This document shows, one piece after another, positions 58,801-64,000 of a stretch of DNA of 64,000 bases. The number at the start of each line of letters is the position of its first letter. Position 1 is the stretch's first letter. The position numbers and the translations under genes are program-made. Origin of the DNA: Thraustochytrium aureum (Eukaryota). Below the pieces are notes generated by a model. It was not told the origin of the DNA and searched no databases. It was given only the letters and a program-made list of their open reading frames with translations. Where the stretch lies: positions 41,100 through 105,099 of the forward strand of contig BLSG01000215.1 of NCBI GenBank assembly GCA_012862495.1. Reading direction: 5' to 3'.

Positions 58801-61800
58801 AAACTTGCGCCTGGAGGAGCAGCAAAATTAAGACTCGACCATCACCGTACGCCACTGCACGACGCACCCCGTGGCCGCCAACCGAACCAGTGGCAAGCCC
58901 CGAGCGTACCGGCTGTAAACCCCGCCGACACTATGGCGCGGGCCATTCTCGGAGCCTTTTCCTTCGAGTCGCTGTCGCGTTGGCAGCGGTGGTTTCATGT
59001 CGATTCGTACGACCTTGTTTTCATGACGCCGGACGTTCGTGACTCATTCTTGGACACGGTTCTGGGCGGCTGGGCTTCCCATGCAACCGCGCTGAGGGCT
59101 GACGGCGTGCTGCACTTCTTCAAGCTCGCCAACTCTCTGCCGCTCCAGAGCCGGCCCGAGCCAGGCTGAAAATGCATGGAGTGGAAAGTTTCGGGAGGGA
59201 GCAAGCCTCCGTGGATGGCAGCGCACTTGACGCCGTTCGCGGCGTCCTCCCGACCGTTGCGCAAGAACCGGCTCGGATCGACTCGGAGCGCTTCGTCGAA
59301 TTTCAGCCCGCTGCCTTTGTGCTTGGCCGATTTTGCGCCACATCCGATTTCGTTGGATCCTTGCACGTGGCGTTCCCTTCGGCGACCACGTCGCGGTCCC
59401 GTCACCAACTGCTCTGCGACCTCCTTCTTCGCATGGAACAAGCGCTGCCTGGCAAGATCAAAAAGTTCAAGCACGCCAAGAAGCCTCTGGCTGAGCTCTG
59501 CCGAGCCTCGCTCCCAATCGCGCCCAGCATGCTTCCGATGTCCTGCAAACGAGTCTTGTCCGTCACGCAGGCGTTGCTGCCCAGCTTCTCTTGGTCGCGC
59601 GACTGGACCTGGCCGACGCCTGACCTCGCCACCGCACATTACGCAATTCGCACACTAGTCCGGGCTCGGCTAGCGGAAACTTTCGTGTTGACATCCACAA
59701 GCCTGCCTGTCCGGACGCTGGAAGGGGTTGTCGACGTGGACGACACCAAGACGACGTTCGCTTCTGCCGGTTTCGCGACGTTTTTCAAGGCGCTCTCCGT
59801 TTTCGACACTTTCAACCAGCGCCAGTCGAAGGACACCTGCTTGCTTCAGTACCGCGTCTCGTTCAGCGGCGATGGGACGCTGCGCACCGAGTTTTGGATT
59901 GAATCCGCGTGCAGCTTTTTCAAGCCCTTCGGCGGCAAGGTCATTGATTCGAGCGAGATGCGGCGACGCCTGGAACGCCACTTTGAGGAGACAGACGCCG
60001 TTTTCGTCTCTGCGGCAGCCACGTTTTTGCAAGTCCAGTCGTCAGCCACCAGNNNNNNNNNNNNNNNNNNNNNNNNNNNNNNNNNNNNNNNNNNNNNNNN
60101 NNNNNNNNNNNNNNNNNNNNNNNNNNNNNNNNNNNNNNNNNNNNNNNNNNNNNNNNNNNNNNNNNNNNNNNNNNNNNNNNNNNNNNNNNNNNNNNNNTGG
60201 CGCCTTGGTCAGCCGCGCAGCGGCCTGGCGCGGCGCGACCTGGAGTGGACCGTCATGCAAATAGGCACCCGAGCCAAGCCTCCGCGGTGCCAGAGGTGGC
60301 CGACCCGTTTGGGGACCTTGAGGGGCCCGCGGCAGACTGTGCCCCGCTTGTTCGCGTACAAAGGGGTGTTGGGAGCGTCTTGCAGTTTGCGAAACGGTCC
60401 AAGATCGCTCTAAGCGCCTTCAAGTCCAGAGGCGGCGGGCGCTCGATTGCAAACGACAAGCTGTTCCACTCGTTCAAGGGCTCCCTGCAGCGCATTTGCG
60501 ATGCGCAACTTGTTGACGGCCCGGAAGAAGACGATTCCAGCATTCGGACCGTGCACGAGGACGACGACGCGGCGTTCGCGGCTCAGCCGACATCTGCATA
60601 CTTTGCAAAGGTGCTCGATGTGAACAGCGTGCTAGTTGTCGTACTGCACCCCCTGCCAGAGCAAGAAGGGTGGACCGCGAGTCCGCCATCCCCTTCTATG
60701 GCACGTCAAGCTGCGGCCAAAGCCGCAACTGCCAATGCTGACGCGCAGCGCAAGAGTTTTCCCGAGTCAAAGTCGGGCGCGCTTCGCGACGACCTGGTCT
60801 TGCGCGATGTCGCCCCACAGCTCGAACCGTGGGAGGACGTCGGGGTCGAGCTCGAGGTTTTCGAGCTCGACTATAGAGACCTCGAGTTTCCTCGCGACCG
60901 CGTCGATCCCTCGTTGCAGCAGCTCCTCGGATATCAACGAGAGCGCATGGGTGCAGGAGGGCCGCGAGTGGGGGTGTCTGACAATCAGGCTGAAGCGACG
61001 CCAGAGACGATGGACCCCGCGCGTCGAGCACGTACTGAAGCGGCCCGGACGGCCCGGCAGGGGCTGGTCGGGGCATTCACAGACCAAGTGAAAGCGGCGC
61101 ACGACTTCGACAAGGTCTTTTCGATACACTGGATCTTCGCCACCGCGAGAAGCAGCGATCCTGTCCAAGCCTTGTTACATCCTCAAGATGTGGATGCTTT
61201 GCTCCGACACTGCCCGTGCACGACTGCGCTCGTGGACGCGTCACTGCTTCGGTCCATTCTTTCGGCAACCCTTGCACCTTCCGAAGTTGCTCAAGCAACG
61301 CGCTCCTCTGATGAGACGGGCGGGGCTCAAGGCCAAGGCAAGGTCGGGCACGACCCCGTGGACAAAACCGTCGCACCACCCGTGCCCTGGAAGGATACAC
61401 CGCTCGTCGAAATCGATCGCAACTTTGAAGCGATTCTCGACGAGTTTTTCGTTCCCATTTCCGGGACGTCCTTCTACTATTTCGAGCCACAGCGCGCCGT
61501 CTCTCTTTTCAAGCCATCTGGCGACGACGACCCGCACGACGACGACGACGACGACGAGACGAGGAGGAGGAGGAGGAGGAAGAAGAAGACCACGACGACC
61601 AAACAGAAGACGAAGGTGTTGTTGTTGGTAACGCGGACGAGAGAGAAGATGGGGGCGAGCTGGCGGGCGACGGCCGCGTGCAGGCCCGCCGCCACGCCGC
61701 AGCGCGTTCCGGGGCGTCTGGGCGAGTCACGAGTGGTCGTGGCCACGTGGATCACAAAAGCGACTTTCTTCAGCGCCAGCGCGATCGAATCGAGGGTGAC

Positions 61801-64000
61801 AACAAAGTAGGGCAATGCAGGGACGCGCTCGGCGTATCGGACCAACGGGGCGCGAGCCACAGAGGCCGGGCCAANNNNNNNNNNNNNNNNNNNNNNNNNN
61901 NNNNNNNNNNNNNNNNNNNNNNNNNNNNNNNNNNNNNNNNNNNNNNNNNNNNNNNNNNNNNNNNNNNNNNNNNNNNNNNNNNNNNNNNNNNNNNNNNNNN
62001 NNNNNNNNNNNNNNNNNNNNNNNNNNNNNNNNNNNNTCTTCTTTCGCATTTTCTGCACGACACACCCCATCTCCGCCGAAGGGCACGGCGATAGCGAAGG
62101 CCCGATGCCCGACGCAACCAGAGAAGTGGCGGCCGAAGGCCGGGATTCGAGCAGCGCTGCGGCAGGTGTGCTCGCACAGACCTCGGACGTGTCCGATGGC
62201 CGGATCTGTGAATGCATTATGTCCACGAGCGTTGAGGGCGGGCCAACCAAGGTGTTTGTCAACCTAACCTTTTGCACGCTCCCGCGCAGGCCGCAGAGGA
62301 GCAGGCTTGGGTCCTCGCCTCCGCCTATGCCCGGCCTCGGCCTGCTTCAAGAAAAAATGCTCTGGTACTGGACCCGTGCTGTTCGACGCCGGATTCGCGC
62401 GCGCGTCAAAGCGATGGTGTCCTCCGCGGTTCTTTCGGCGCTGCAGCGCGTGTACCCGGTGACGGGCAAAACGATTTCGCTAGTCCAGCAGCTGTTGGAC
62501 CGGGGCTCACTTCCAGCCAGCGTCATCGCGCGCGTGACGATCCCGCTGTCATTCATAAACCAAGACATGGGCACCCAGCTGTTCGCGGAGCACATTGGCA
62601 AGACGCCTGTCCTAAGCCTTCGTCGGGTTGGCGTGTCGGACGTGTACTTTGTCGTGGAGCCAGTCGAGTCGCATTCGACTCACGCGGATGCGAGCTCGAG
62701 TCCGGGGCCATCGTTGCGCGACAGCAACGTTGCTTCAGCCGTGGACGAGTCTGCAGCGCTTCACAGCAACCCAATGCCGGCTTTGCGCGAGGTGCATTCC
62801 GCTGACTTGGACTATCCGCTTTCAGTCGCTGCACCAACGGCGGCGCTGCGTGACGAGTGGGGCGCGAGGGAATACACTGTCCCGTTCTGGGCGATTATCA
62901 CGGTTGCCGGGCCGTCGGTGGCGCTCGAGTTCCACCACCCGACGCTGTCCAACCCGAGCCAAGCCCGATTCATCCTTGAGTTTCTGAAGAACGGGGTTCG
63001 CAAGACTGCTGAGCGGGTGAATCAGATGATTCTGCTCCACCAACTGCACGAGAGTCGGCTCGCAAGTCGCCTCCTCATTGAACCTGACGAAGCGGCGCCC
63101 GCACAAGCCGTTAACCACCCACGCGGCTCGGCTTTGGGCGCAGCGCAGCAGCGCGCCAGGCTTGACGCTGCTCGCTCCAGGCTTGGGCACAGGACATCCT
63201 CATATGACCCAGCGAGGCCTGGACTCGGCGGGGCGGCGTCGCAGAGCTCGGAGCGCGGGACGAGCGGCACCCAAGGAGCCTCTAGCAAGACGGTGATTGG
63301 TGGCCAGCCGGGAGCCGCAGGTACGGGCTCTGGCGTCGGTCCTCCCCCGGGAGTCAGAACGAGCCTGCAGCGCGTGGCGAATCTGGTGCGGACCACACTC
63401 GCCAAGGCGAATGGGACCCGTCCGCGATGCCGGATGGCCGCCTCGGGTGCCCGTGCTATTATCGCGAGAGCTTTCTAGTGCCAGAGCGTCTGCACATCAG
63501 CGTGGCCATGCACGAGCTGCGGGAGAAGGCGCTTCACCCATTCCTCGTGAGTAACCGGCGCAATACCTTTGTGTACCGAGACAAGTCGGGCCCGATCTTC
63601 TACTTGAAGCTGAAGGAAGTGCGGGGGGAGGACGCCGCGCAAAACAAGGTGCTGCTCGAGGTGAACGGGGTTGACCCTCCGTCCGCGGAGATGCGCGGCA
63701 TCCTGAGCTCTCTGATGGCAAACAAAATCGCCAACTCAACGCTCGCCGCAATTGGGCGCCTGCTGCACCGAAACCCGCAGTTCAAGATCCAGGCGTACGA
63801 CCTGGCATTCGTCCAGAGCACGAGCCCGAAGGCACCTCAGCTGTTTCGGCTGTTGAAGGTACCTGAGAGCGTCCGGGACGTGGCCGCTTTCGTCTTCATC
63901 TTCAAGCAAAACCTGGTGCGGCTCATGGACCAGCTCCACTTTGGGTTCGCCCCAAACAGGGCCCTCGAGCTTTGCTCGCGAGTGGTTTCGTCGCCTACCG
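55856..64000 (+). CDS. SZT2: SZT2 (KICSTOR scaffold) homologue; multiple frameshifts and gaps, runs off the window
   Basis: vWA-like FVLDMSESM, AITDGV..P, SFVHV..LPDV..AAATGG; RLAEGF..LVLPY...INYV; WQRWF; near the end NRRNTFVY..FYLKL, LEVNGVDPP, TLAAIGRLLHRNPQFKI..DL.FV, colinear with SZT2 as I recall the family. Confidence 0.82.

Noticed and set aside
2706..64000. Functional nutrient-sensing gene cluster (SNF1-like kinase, 4E-binding protein, SZT2)
   Set aside because: The genes are tens of kb apart among unrelated housekeeping genes; co-location is explainable by chance.

Overview
Gene-dense, intron-poor, GC-rich (roughly 60-65%) eukaryotic nuclear DNA from a draft scaffold with many N-gaps. 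The gene content (CDPK-type kinases, bromodomain-containing CBP/p300, FIBP, SZT2, G-alpha, few short GT-AG introns) suggests a protist, plausibly a labyrinthulomycete/thraustochytrid-like stramenopile; this is inference only. About 20 protein-coding genes are recognisable, in order: SNF1-related kinase, SMG7/EST1-like, F-box/ankyrin, FIBP, two tandem CDPK-like kinases, CBP/p300 HAT, divergent G-alpha, CDP-DAG synthase, metaxin-like, Tim17-family, a disordered protein with an eIF4E-binding-type motif, a degenerate ALG5 paralogue, CASP/Coy1 (3 exons), REV3 (Pol zeta), MscS-like channel, NDK-like, DsbA/FrnE, BTB protein and SZT2. Many genes are broken by single-base frameshifts, mostly at homopolymers, which most likely are consensus errors. 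I found no tRNA, rRNA, CRISPR array, transposase or viral gene, and no multi-gene novel system that the sequence alone supports. The most striking unexplained signal is a 300-bp array of 12 TGACG/CGTCA motifs between the divergent CASP and REV3 genes, containing three CGTCA-N14-TGACG dyads. Several apparently catalytically altered signalling or enzyme paralogues are also worth checking.
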